Shown here: in pieces, positions 17,637-27,013 of the stretch
Layout of the letters: the number at the start of each line of letters is the position of its first letter
How positions within the stretch are numbered: position 1 is the first letter of the stretch
Assembly: GCA_958009085.1 (NCBI GenBank)
Contig: OY253691.1
Coordinates: forward strand, 1-45,034
Length of the DNA: 45,034 nucleotides
Source of the DNA: Protoeuglena noctilucae
Lineage: Eukaryota
Reading direction: 5' to 3'
Made by a program: the position numbers and the translations under genes
Notes under the pieces: generated by a model
The model's database searches: none
Told to the model about the DNA's origin: nothing
Seen by the model: only the letters and a program-made list of their open reading frames with translations

Positions 17637-17803
17637 CCTCTAATTACTAACTTACTTACCTTTCTTTCAGAAAGGTAAGTAAGTTAGTAAGTGAATGAAA
17701 CAAAGTTTAGGTAAGTAAATGATGCTTCGTTAACTTATGCAAAGCATTTACCTCTCTTTCAGAGCATTGACCAGCGGTGATTCTAGGTAAGTAAGTGAAT
17801 TTG

Positions 17804-17890
17804 GGAGACATGGCTGAGTGGCTGAAAGCACCAACTTGCTAAGTTGTCAATACTGAAAAGTATTCATAGGTTCGAATCCTATTGTCTCCG
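17804..17890 (+). tRNA. trnS: tRNA-Ser(GCU)
   Basis: Acceptor ggagaca/tgtctcc, loop tt-GCT-aa, long variable arm. Confidence 0.92.
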
Positions 17891-17893
17891 AAG

Positions 17894-18850
17894 ATGATTA
17901 AAAAAAACGTCAGTTTTCAAATGAGAAATTCATACCGCACGTTTCAAAGGTCTCAAACGTTTCCAAGTTTTCTAAAAAAAGAACCACAAATGAAAAATAC
18001 TGGAAAAAAAGTAAATCTTTCTCTTGAAAAATTTCGTTCTTATCTTAGGAATGAAATATTTACTAACCTTTCTTCTTCTTCCTATGCTTCGCATAGGACA
18101 AGAAAGCTAACTGAAGGAGAATGTAAGAAGACACTGTCATCGTCTGGCCATCCGGCATGCTATGAGAAGATTGGATTTCGTAAAAAAACTGGATTTCGAA
18201 GAGTAATTGAAAATCGTTGGTCTCTTCATGAAAAAAAATCAGATTTTTATGGTCTAAAAAAAAGATGTTTTTTTCATACAAAAGGACTTTCAACTTGTGT
18301 GAATCCAAAGGTCAATAGAATTTTTGGAAAAACTTCAAGAAAAAAGACTAAAAAACTTACTTACCTTTCTTGTCCTATGCTAAGCATAGAAAGAGAGCTA
18401 CCGAAACCTTCAGTTTCGGTGGGTAAGAAGAGGACGAAGTTCTCGAAGAGGGCTGCTAAGAACTCGAAGAGGATTAGACGGCTTCAACGAATCCTTAAGC
18501 CACTGGTTTTTCCCAGACCGAACCTGAATCAATCTTCACGCCTGACGAAGCTCTCGAAGAGGACAGAGTTCTCAAAGAGGAATAAAATACTTACATTCTC
18601 TCTTAGAGAATGTAAGAAGAGGAGTATTGAGAATTTTGCCACATCTCTCAAAAAGAATTCTCTAAGAGTTGAACTGAGAAGAGTTCGTCAAGGTCGGCGA
18701 ATAATGCCAGTAGCGATGCCAGTATTTCCAAGACGAAGAAGAAAACTAAGACTACGAAAAAGACCGCGAGATGAAAATTTTTTTAAACAAGTGGAAAACA
18801 GCAAAAGTTCACGTAAAAAAAGATGGTGGCCTTCAAAAATCAAGGTTTAA
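17894..18850 (+). CDS. rps7: Basic protein, probably a repeat-expanded ribosomal protein S7
   Basis: TTR-free Lys-rich ORF; C-terminal VEL..VRQGRRIMPVAMPV resembles the S7 VEVR..RVGGATYQVPVEV hairpin. Confidence 0.4.
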   Translation: MIKKNVSFQMRNSYRTFQRSQTFPSFLKKEPQMKNTGKKVNLSLEKFRSYLRNEIFTNLSSSSYASHRTRKLTEGECKKTLSSSGHPACYEKIGFRKKTGFRRVIENRWSLHEKKSDFYGLKKRCFFHTKGLSTCVNPKVNRIFGKTSRKKTKKLTYLSCPMLSIERELPKPSVSVGKKRTKFSKRAAKNSKRIRRLQRILKPLVFPRPNLNQSSRLTKLSKRTEFSKRNKILTFSLRECKKRSIENFATSLKKNSLRVELRRVRQGRRIMPVAMPVFPRRRRKLRLRKRPRDENFFKQVENSKSSRKKRWWPSKIKV

Positions 18851-18947
18851 TTCTTTCCTCTTCGAGTTCTTAGCCCTCTTCTTACATTCTCTTTCAGTTT
18901 TGTACAAAATGTACCAAAGCTTAGTAAGTAAGAAAAACATGCTTCTC

Positions 18948-19020
18948 GAGAATGTAGCTCAGAGGTTAGAGTATTGGCCTGTCACGCCAAAAGTCGTGGG
19001 TTCAAATCCCATCATTCTCG
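18948..19020 (+). tRNA. trnD: tRNA-Asp(GUC)
   Basis: Acceptor gagaatg/cattctc, loop ct-GTC-ac. Confidence 0.92.
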
Positions 19021-19494
19021 CTCACTTCCAAACCCTACATTTCGAAGAGATGTGGAAATCTTCGATTTTGTGAAGAAAATCTTAATTTAGAGGAATAAAA
19101 TACTTACTTACTCCTATGCTTCTTCGCATAGGACAAGAAAGGTAATTCTTTTAGAGAATGTAAGAAGAGGGCAAATAACTTGAAAAGGGTAACTCGCTTA
19201 CCTACCTAAACCGAAGGTTTCATTCACTTACTTACCTCTCAGAAAGAGAGGTTGCTAGAATCACCGCTGGTGAATGATGCTTTGCTAACTTACCTATGCG
19301 AAGCCTAAACAAAATTTCATTCACTTACCTATGCTTTGCATAGGTAAGTGAATAGAGGTTAACAAAGCATAGGTTAGTAAGTGATTAGAGGTAGAACCTC
19401 TCTTTTCGAGCATTCACTTACTTACTAACCTCTCTTTCAGAGAGGTAAGCTTTGCATAAGTAAGTGATTCTAGGTTAGTATGTAAGTAAGACGA

Positions 19495-19565
19495 GGCAAA
19501 ATCGTCTAACGGAAAGATTATAGATTGCAAATCTAAAGATAGTGGTTCAATTCCACTTTTTGCCT
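19495..19565 (+). tRNA. trnC: tRNA-Cys(GCA)
   Basis: Acceptor ggcaaaa/ttttgcc, loop tt-GCA-aa. Confidence 0.9.
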
Positions 19566-19738
19566 AAAATTCGGGTTTCATAAGATTTATCTGTGTCACA
19601 TCCGGGTACATTTTTTTTACCTCTTTATTTATCTTTCTTTCTTACATTTTGTACAAAATGTACCAAAGCTTATAACCTCGATTCACTTACTAACCTCTCT
19701 TTCAGAGAGGTAAGTAAATGATTAGAGGTAACCAAATC

Positions 19739-19997
19739 ATGCAAAAGACAAACCCTCTTTCTTGGTGGCAAGTTCATCGAGATGAATTCTTTCTGAGTCA
19801 TAGACTGAGAAAACCTCTAAGATCTAAAAATTTTTATCATCTTGTAGAATTTAGTCCTCATCCGTTTCTGGCGGGAATTAGAAGACTATGGTTTACTTCC
19901 GGAGTGACAAGATGGTGTCATCAAAGCACTTTTGGCGGCTGGTCTAGACTCATGGGTCTGGCAGGGATCCTATTTGTAATGTATGTATGGTGGCGTG
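19739..19997 (+). CDS. cox3: Cytochrome c oxidase subunit 3, exon 1 (start uncertain)
   Basis: YHLVEFSPHP, MYVWWR before GTGCG. Confidence 0.88.
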
Positions 19998-22900
19998 GTG
20001 CGCTAGAGTACTGTGAATATCTTTTCCTTTCTGAATGATGAAGTTTATGTTTCTCATTCGAAGAAAGGCACCTAAAACTGAGTTTTGGAGGTGTAAGGCT
20101 GTCACCCAACGGGATCTGGTAACGGATTATGTTGAAGCGGTGAGACCATGTCAACCTGCGGAGAAACCTTGTATCCAAAAAAGTTGGCTAGCTAGGGATT
20201 CTAAGGCTACACTAAGAAACCTGATACCAAATGATCGGATGTCCAAATCCCGAAAGTCAGCAAGGTTTAAGGCTTTCGTCAGGAGTGTCTTCTTTACTCT
20301 CGCCAAAAGAAGGCTGTTCAGTTCTCCTGTGGTCAACTCCAACCGGAGTGGCTTCGATGGAAAGATCATTTCTTTTTTCTTTTCTTGTCCTATGCTAAGC
20401 ATAGGAAGAAAGCTATCAGAGAGAGAATGCAGATGTATCCAAAGAAGATTTGGCAGGGGCCTAAGGAATCAGCAAAGAATTCACGGAAATCTAGGAAGCC
20501 CTCATTGGCTTTCTAAGGGATTCTCTGAAAAAGAATCTCATCTAAGAAAGCCTCGGTCGAAAGACTATGAGGGTGTCGGAGGAGGCGTAGTAGGTATCGG
20601 ATCTGAGAAATCGATCCGGCTTGAAGCTTCTGGTTACCAGAATGGTAACGCATTCAAGCGCCGAAGGACCTCCAGGTGGAATTCGAGAGTCTGGGTTCGT
20701 GGAAATACTCCTAGGACAGGTCGAAATTTTACTTCTAAGAACTCGGTTCCTAGAATGAAAAGCATTCAGACTTCGTCTTCGGAACTTTCACTCGCAGCTC
20801 TACGCCACAGAAATGAACAATCCCCTGGTCGTAAAAATCTTTCTGTAATTCAAACTATTAGAGAGGAAGCTACTCTCATTCTTGCGTATGAGCTTCTTAA
20901 ATCGAAACCTGGAAATCTAACTCCAGGTTTTCCTATGCGATCCTCGGTAACTCTGGGCGGACTTACCCTCTTCGAGCGTAAACGAGTTACCCTCCCATGG
21001 ATTCGGGAGACCCAAAAACAACTTCTTCTAGGAACTTACAAGTTTCCTAAAAGACGCCGAAAATGGATTCCGAAATCGAATGACGCGGGGAACCAGAATT
21101 CAGATTCACCTTGGGGGGAAAAACTCGTCCAGAAAGCAATCCAACTCACCTTTGAACAAATTTTTGAACCCATATTTCTTCCCTCATCTCATGGTTTTCG
21201 TCCAGGAAAGGGGTGTCATACGGCACTTAGAAATGTGGCTGGTCAATGGAAAGGAACAGATTGGGTGATTCAAGCAGACATTTCCAAATGTTTTGATACG
21301 ATTTGCCACTCTACACTTCTAAATCTACTTGACAAGCATGTGAGATGTAACAAAACTCGAGGGCTCGTAAAACGAGCTCTCAAAACGGGTTGGATTGAAA
21401 TCGGAGGGATCGCTAGATCTAAAACACAGGGAATTCCTCAAGCTTCGGTTCTAAGTCCTATTCTTTATAATGTGTATCTCCACCAGCTGGATCTTTTCAT
21501 GGATCAACTGTCCAAAGAGTTTGACAAGGGATCAACGAAGAAGATGTCCCCTCGTTATAAAAAGGTTTACGATCAAATAAAGAAGGCATTTGCCGAAAAA
21601 GATATCTCCCTCGGGAAACAGCTACGTTCAGAGCTTTTCCAAATTCCTTACAGCGATCGGAATTCTCATGGAGTAATTCATGTCAAATATGTTCGTTATA
21701 GAGATGACTTCATTGTGGGAATCACGGGACCTTATAAACTGGCTAGTCTGGTTCAACAAAAGATCACCGAATTTCTTAAAGATCAACTTTCTCTGACTAT
21801 GAATGAAAGCAAAACCAAGATTGTTAACTTCCATTCGGAAACCGTTCGCTTTCTTGGAGCCGACATTCGTAGAGAGAAAACACTGATTCGCACCCGAAAA
21901 ATGGGAAATACCATGACCAAAAAGCGGGTGGCAGGGCGTCCTCAAATGTTCGCTCCGATGATAGAACTCTACGACAAACTAGTTCAGAATGGGATCGCCG
22001 TCTGGCAAACCCATCCCGATGGCAAACGTGAACTTGTCTCGGTTCGATGGACCAAAGCCATCAACCTAGATCATCACCAAATTGTCCATAAGTATAACTG
22101 GATTCATCGGGGAGTTCTCAACTATTATACGTTTAGATCGAATCGAAGCAGATTTCACCATTATGGCAAAATCCTTCTTTTCTCTTGTGCCCTCACTCTC
22201 AAGAGCAAGATGAAGCTTCCATCCATGAGAAGAAGGTTTAAGCGGTTCGGGAAAAATCTTAAATGCCCTCACACGGGGGTAAGTTTTTATTTTCCCCCGA
22301 ATCTTAAAACCCTTCCGTATCCTAGCAAGTTTCTCAAATCTTCTGGAAATCCAAATCTGGAACAACTGTTTCAACTTTGGAATTCTAAGCTCACGAAGAG
22401 CTCATTTGGTAGAGGATGTTGTATTTGTGTTGTGGCTCTCAGGAAAACGTGGAGATACATCATGTACGCAAAATTCGTGACCTTCCGAAAATCAGAAGCT
22501 CATGGTTTACTACCCAGATGGCGGCTCTGAATCGGAAACAGCTCCCGGTATGCTCGCTTCATCATAAGAAGATTCATCAGGGCGCTCTCACCGAAGAAGA
22601 AAAGCGAATCTGGACGGAACGTCTACGCACCTGGGTTAGCTCTCAAAAAAAAGGGGAGTTCTAACTCTCTAGAAGACAGGAAAGATGAAATTACGAAATT
22701 AGGGATGAGTTAATTTTCTGGGGTGGTAAGAATTCTTACTGGCAAGCCGTATGACGGGAAATTGTCACGTACGGTTTAGAGGGCGGTTTGTATTTCTAAA
22801 CGGATATCTCTTTCTACTTAGACTTCGGTGAATTTTTAATTTTTAAAATTTTACTAAGCTTATTACTATTAGGGAATTAAGTAAAGTATAAGGAATGACC

Positions 22901-23116
22901 TATATTCACCTACCTAAACCGAAGGTTTAGGTAGCTATGCTTTGTTAACCTCTATTCACTAACTTACCTCTCTGAAAGAGAGGTAAGTTAGTGAATGATG
23001 CTTCGTTAACTTATGCAAAGCATAAGTAAGTAAGTGAATGAAACTTTGTTTAGGTAAGTAAGTTAGTGAATAGAGGTAACTAGAGATAGAAGCAAGGAAT
23101 GCCTTCCGACCCCTAC
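19998..23116 (+). mobile_element. Group II intron in cox3
   Basis: 5' GTGCG, domain V aagccgtatgacgggaaattgtcacgtacggttt near 22744, 3' gacccctAC; splicing restores WWR-DIVRES. Confidence 0.93.
20035..22664 (+). CDS. Intron-encoded RT/maturase with frameshifted HNH domain
   Basis: GFRPGKGCH, ADISKCFD, GIPQASVLSP, Y(AGA)DD; EIHHVRK..NRKQLPVC lies in another frame after 22430. Confidence 0.88.
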
Positions 23117-23727
23117 ATATTGTGCGAGAATCCACTTATCAAGGAAATCATACTCGAAGAGTTACTGGATCTCACCGAATGGGGGTTCTGTGGTTTATTG
23201 TAAATGAAGTTTTTTTTTTCAGAGCCTTCTTTTGGGGATTTTATCATTCAGCTCTTGTTCCAGTGGTAGACATTTGGCTTCAATTCCCTCCTAAAGGAAT
23301 TGAAACCGTAGATGTTCTAGGAATTCCTCTCAAGAATACTCTTATTCTTCTAAGATCAGGAGTTAGAGTTACGTGGAGACACAAAAGAACACTTGCTGGA
23401 AGCAAAGAAGGTGTGACTCAAGGTCTAAGACTAACCCTCAGATGTTCAAGAGTTTTTCTTAGAATTCAAGGATTTGAGTATATGGTGGCCCCTTTTACGA
23501 TTTCAGACGGAATTTACGGATCGACGTTTTTTATGAGAACCGGATTTCATGGATTTCATGTACTCGTTGGTTCGATTAGACTTCTCGCAGCTTATCTTCG
23601 TCATCAGGCCGGTCATTTTACAGTTCGAAATCATAAAGGGTTTGAAGCTGCAAGATGGTATTGGCACTTTGTGGATGTAGTTTGGCTTTTTCTGTTTATT
23701 TCTATTTATTGGTGGGGTGGGGTCTAA
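23117..23727 (+). CDS. cox3: Cytochrome c oxidase subunit 3, exon 2
   Basis: RESTYQG, TGFHGFHV, WYWHFVDVVWLFLF. Confidence 0.95.
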
Positions 23728-23839
23728 TTGTTACCTCTTCTCACTAACTTTTCTTTTAGTTACTAACTTACTAACTAAAAGAAAAGTTAGTAACAAACAA
23801 CAAACAAGTTCAGATAAAAAAGAATACATCTAGAATCTA

Positions 23840-23944
23840 GCTCTATTTTTTAGGTTTTGATGATCCACCCCTAAAAAAGGATGGTGACCCTCAAAACCTC
23901 TTTGCCTACTAAGGTCTTCTTGGAAATCAAAGACAAAATAGGGC
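23840..23944 (+). rRNA. rrn5: Candidate divergent 5S rRNA
   Basis: Hand-folded three-way junction: gctctatttt/aaaatagggc, aggttttga/tcaaaacct, cacc/ggtg with 13-nt loop, ctttg/caaag with TACT...GGAAA internal loop. Confidence 0.55.
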
Positions 23945-24260
23945 GGTAGCTTTCCGCTGTAGCTTTACGTTTTAACTTTTTCTCATATTTCCCTTTTCTG
24001 CTCTTCTGACCTATGCATTCCTCTATTCACTAACTTACCTCTCTTTCAGAGAGGTAAGTTAGTGAATGATGCTTCGTTAACTTATACAAAGCATAAGTAA
24101 GTAAGTGAATGAAACTTTGTTTAGGTAAGTAAGTTAGTGAATAGAGGAATGCATAGGTGTTACTTAGGTTTCACTTACTTATGCGAAGCATAAGTAAGAA
24201 GAGGGCTAAGATACTTACATTCTCTAAGAGAGAATGTAAGAAGAGGTGAGTACATATCCG

Positions 24261-24641
24261 ATGACACTTTATATTAATTCGCAAAGAAATCTACGTGTGA
24301 GAGATAACTCAGGCGTTAAAAGAATAAAAAGACTTCTTCCAATACCACAAACCAATTCTAAACTGAAAACAAGAGTAATTACCGAACTAAAAACTCAAAG
24401 CCAACAAAGTCGAAAAAACCTGGAAACAGGAAAACTTGTCCGATTTCTTCTTGTCAATACCCGAGCAAGAATGAAAGGTAAAAATGGAGTACTTCGCCGT
24501 AATCAAACTACGACCGTAGTGGTAGTAAATGAAACTCGAAATCTTAGCTCAGCTACTCTGACAGGAACTCGCATTTCAACAAAACTTCCCAAATCTATGT
24601 ACGGAAAAGGACGAAGAATTAGGAAACGAGTAACTGACTTA
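24261..24641 (+). CDS. rpl14: Ribosomal protein L14 (TTA stop)
   Basis: LRV(AGA)DNSG and GTRI motifs. Confidence 0.82.
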
Positions 24642-24727
24642 TGCTGTCCTATGCTATGCATAGGACAGCATAAGTCAGTAAGTGCTTTGTGAGCTAATTA
24701 GTTGATTTTTGTGCCGATACGATTATT

Positions 24728-24824
24728 TTACTAACCTTTCTTTCAGTTACTTACCTCTATTCACTTACCTATGCAAAGCATAGGTAAGTGAATAGAGGTA
24801 AGTAACTGAAAGAAAGGTTAGTAA
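24728..24824. repeat. Perfect palindrome, 47-bp arms with 3-nt loop
   Basis: ttactaacctttctttcagttacttacctctattcacttacctatgc-aaa-reverse complement. Confidence 0.9.
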
Positions 24825-24863
24825 GTAAAACGAACCATGCGTATCAGTAGAAATAAAAAAAAG

Positions 24864-25853
24864 ATGAGAACTTATACACTAACCCCAAGACTTAGATTTA
24901 GAAGAAGTCTTAGAAAAAGACTAGGAGTAGCCGTTCCTCTTCTGGTAAGAGTTAGAATGAGAACTCTGAGAGAACGAAAAGTAATGGCTTCTATGCAACG
25001 GCGAAAAGGGCCTAATCAAGTCGGACCTCTAGGTCTGCTGCAACCTTTTGCTGATGGAGCTAAACTCGCGGTAAAAGAGCCAGTTCTTCCAACCACTTCT
25101 TCCCTAAGAATGTTTCTTTTTGCCCCAAGACTGAGTTTCCTGCTAAGAATTGTTTTTTGGTCTGTACTTCCCGTGAGACCAGGCAGAGTTCTCACAGATA
25201 CTCCTTTTGGTCTTCTATTTCTATTTAGAATTTCTTCACTAGGAGTGTACGGAATTATGATGGCAGGGTGGGCCAGTCAATCCCAATATGCTTTTCTAGG
25301 TTGTCTTCGAAGTGCGGCGCAAATGATTTCTTATGAGGTCAGAATTGGACTGGTAGTTCTCACCGTGATTCTACCAACCCAAACTCTAAATCTGAGTGAA
25401 ATCGTTGAAAAACAAACCACCCTTTGGAATAGAATTCCTTTTGCTCCGATTAGAATTCTTTTTTTCATCTGTTGTCTTGCCGAAACCAACCGAGCGCCTT
25501 TTGATCTTCCAGAGGCGGAAGCAGAGCTCGTGGCAGGATATAATGTGGAATATTCCTCGCTAGGATTTGCACTCTTTTTTCTAGGAGAATATAGAAATAT
25601 GATTAGAATGAGTACTCTATGTTCCATTCTTTTTCTAGGAGGATGGCTTCCTCCATTTGCCATTGCACCATCTACATGGATTCCAAGAAGAAGATGGACT
25701 GGGCTGAAGACTTCTCTTTTTCTATTTTTTTATATCTGGGTTCGTAGATGTGTCCCACGATATCGATACGATAACCTGATGCGACTAGGTTGGAAAGTGT
25801 TTCTTCCACTAAGACTAGCAAGATTTTGGAGATCAAGAAGACTAACCTGGTTA
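24864..25853 (+). CDS. nad1: NADH dehydrogenase subunit 1 (TTA stop; alternative start 24837)
   Basis: [42 protein letters not shown]. Confidence 0.94.
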
Positions 25854-26167
25854 CCTAGAATCACCGCTGGTGAATGATGTGAAACATCATTCACTTACTA
25901 ACTTACCTATGCTTTGCATAGCAACCTCTAATCACCGCTGGTGAATGAAACCTTCGGTTTAGTTACCTTTCTTTCAGAAAGGTAAGTAAGTTAGTGAATA
26001 GAGGTAACTCATTCACTTACCTACCAAAACCTTCGGTTTTGGTAGCTCTCTTCCTATGCTTAGCATAGGTTATTAGGTGAATAGAGGTAAACGTTACATA
26101 ACCATTTTTATATTTTAGAAAATAATTTTTTTTTACTTAGAGCAAAGTTCTTTGCTCTAAGCAACTA

Positions 26168-26240
26168 GAGCAAATAGCTCAGTGGTTAGAGCGTTCGGCT
26201 GATAACCGAAAGGTCAGAAGTTCGAATCTTCTTTTGCTCA
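26168..26240 (+). tRNA. trnI: tRNA-Ile(GAU)
   Basis: Acceptor gagcaaa/tttgctc, loop ct-GAT-aa. Confidence 0.92.
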
Positions 26241-26330
26241 AACTTGAGATAACTCGTTTCACTCGAAAAGATACAAATTCTGGAACTTATAAATAACATA
26301 GTTAGTAAGAAATCTAAAAAAAAATAGGTT

Positions 26331-26417
26331 GGAAGAATGGCCGAGTGGTCGAAGGCGCCGGTTTTGAACACCGGTAATTTGGTAACAAATTCGTGGGTTC
26401 GAATCCTACTTTTTCCG
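26331..26417 (+). tRNA. trnS: tRNA-Ser(UGA)
   Basis: Stem ccggt/accgg, loop tt-TGA-ac, long variable arm. Confidence 0.92.
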
Positions 26418-26561
26418 TAGACAGGGAGCTAGTTTAAAGTTTAAACAATTTCCATACTCTTTTCTATGAAGATTTTTTTTTTTTACCTACCTAAACCGAA
26501 AGTTTAGGTAGGTAAAAAAAGCAGAGGAACTCGAAGAGGGCAACTCGCTTACACTCGAAGA

Positions 26562-26633
26562 GGGTAATTAGCTCAGTGGTAGAGCAAATCCCTTACAAGG
26601 ATGAGGTCAGAGGTTCAAATCCTTTATTACCTA
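26562..26633 (+). tRNA. trnV: tRNA-Val(UAC)
   Basis: Acceptor gggtaat/attacct, loop ct-TAC-aa. Confidence 0.9.
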
Positions 26634-26941
26634 CAACAAAACAGGTGATTTTCTATTCTTTTAAAAAGGACAGAAAAACTCGAGAAAAGTAATTCGCTTA
26701 CAGACTTACTTACCTCTATTCACTTACTTACCTCTCTTTCAGAGAGGTAAGTAAGTGAATGAAACCTTTGGTTTAGTTACCTTTTTTTCAAAAAAGTAAG
26801 TGATTAAAAAAAGGGCGAAGAACTCGAAGAGGAATGAAATACACTCGAAGAGGGTAACTCGCTTGCATACTAACCTCTCTTTCAGAGAGCAACCTATGCT
26901 GTCCTTCACATAGGTAAGGAATGCATAGGTAGGTAAGAAGA

Positions 26942-27013
26942 GGGCACATAGCTCAGTGGTAGAGCAATGGTCTTCTAATCCACAGGTCAAGGGTTCAAAT
27001 CCCTTTGTGTCCA
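26942..27013 (+). tRNA. trnA: tRNA(UCU) with alanine identity, inferred tRNA-Ala reading AGA/AGG
   Basis: Loop ct-TCT-aa; acceptor GGGCACA/TGTGTCC-A gives G1:C72, G2:C71, G3:U70, A73. Confidence 0.88.
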
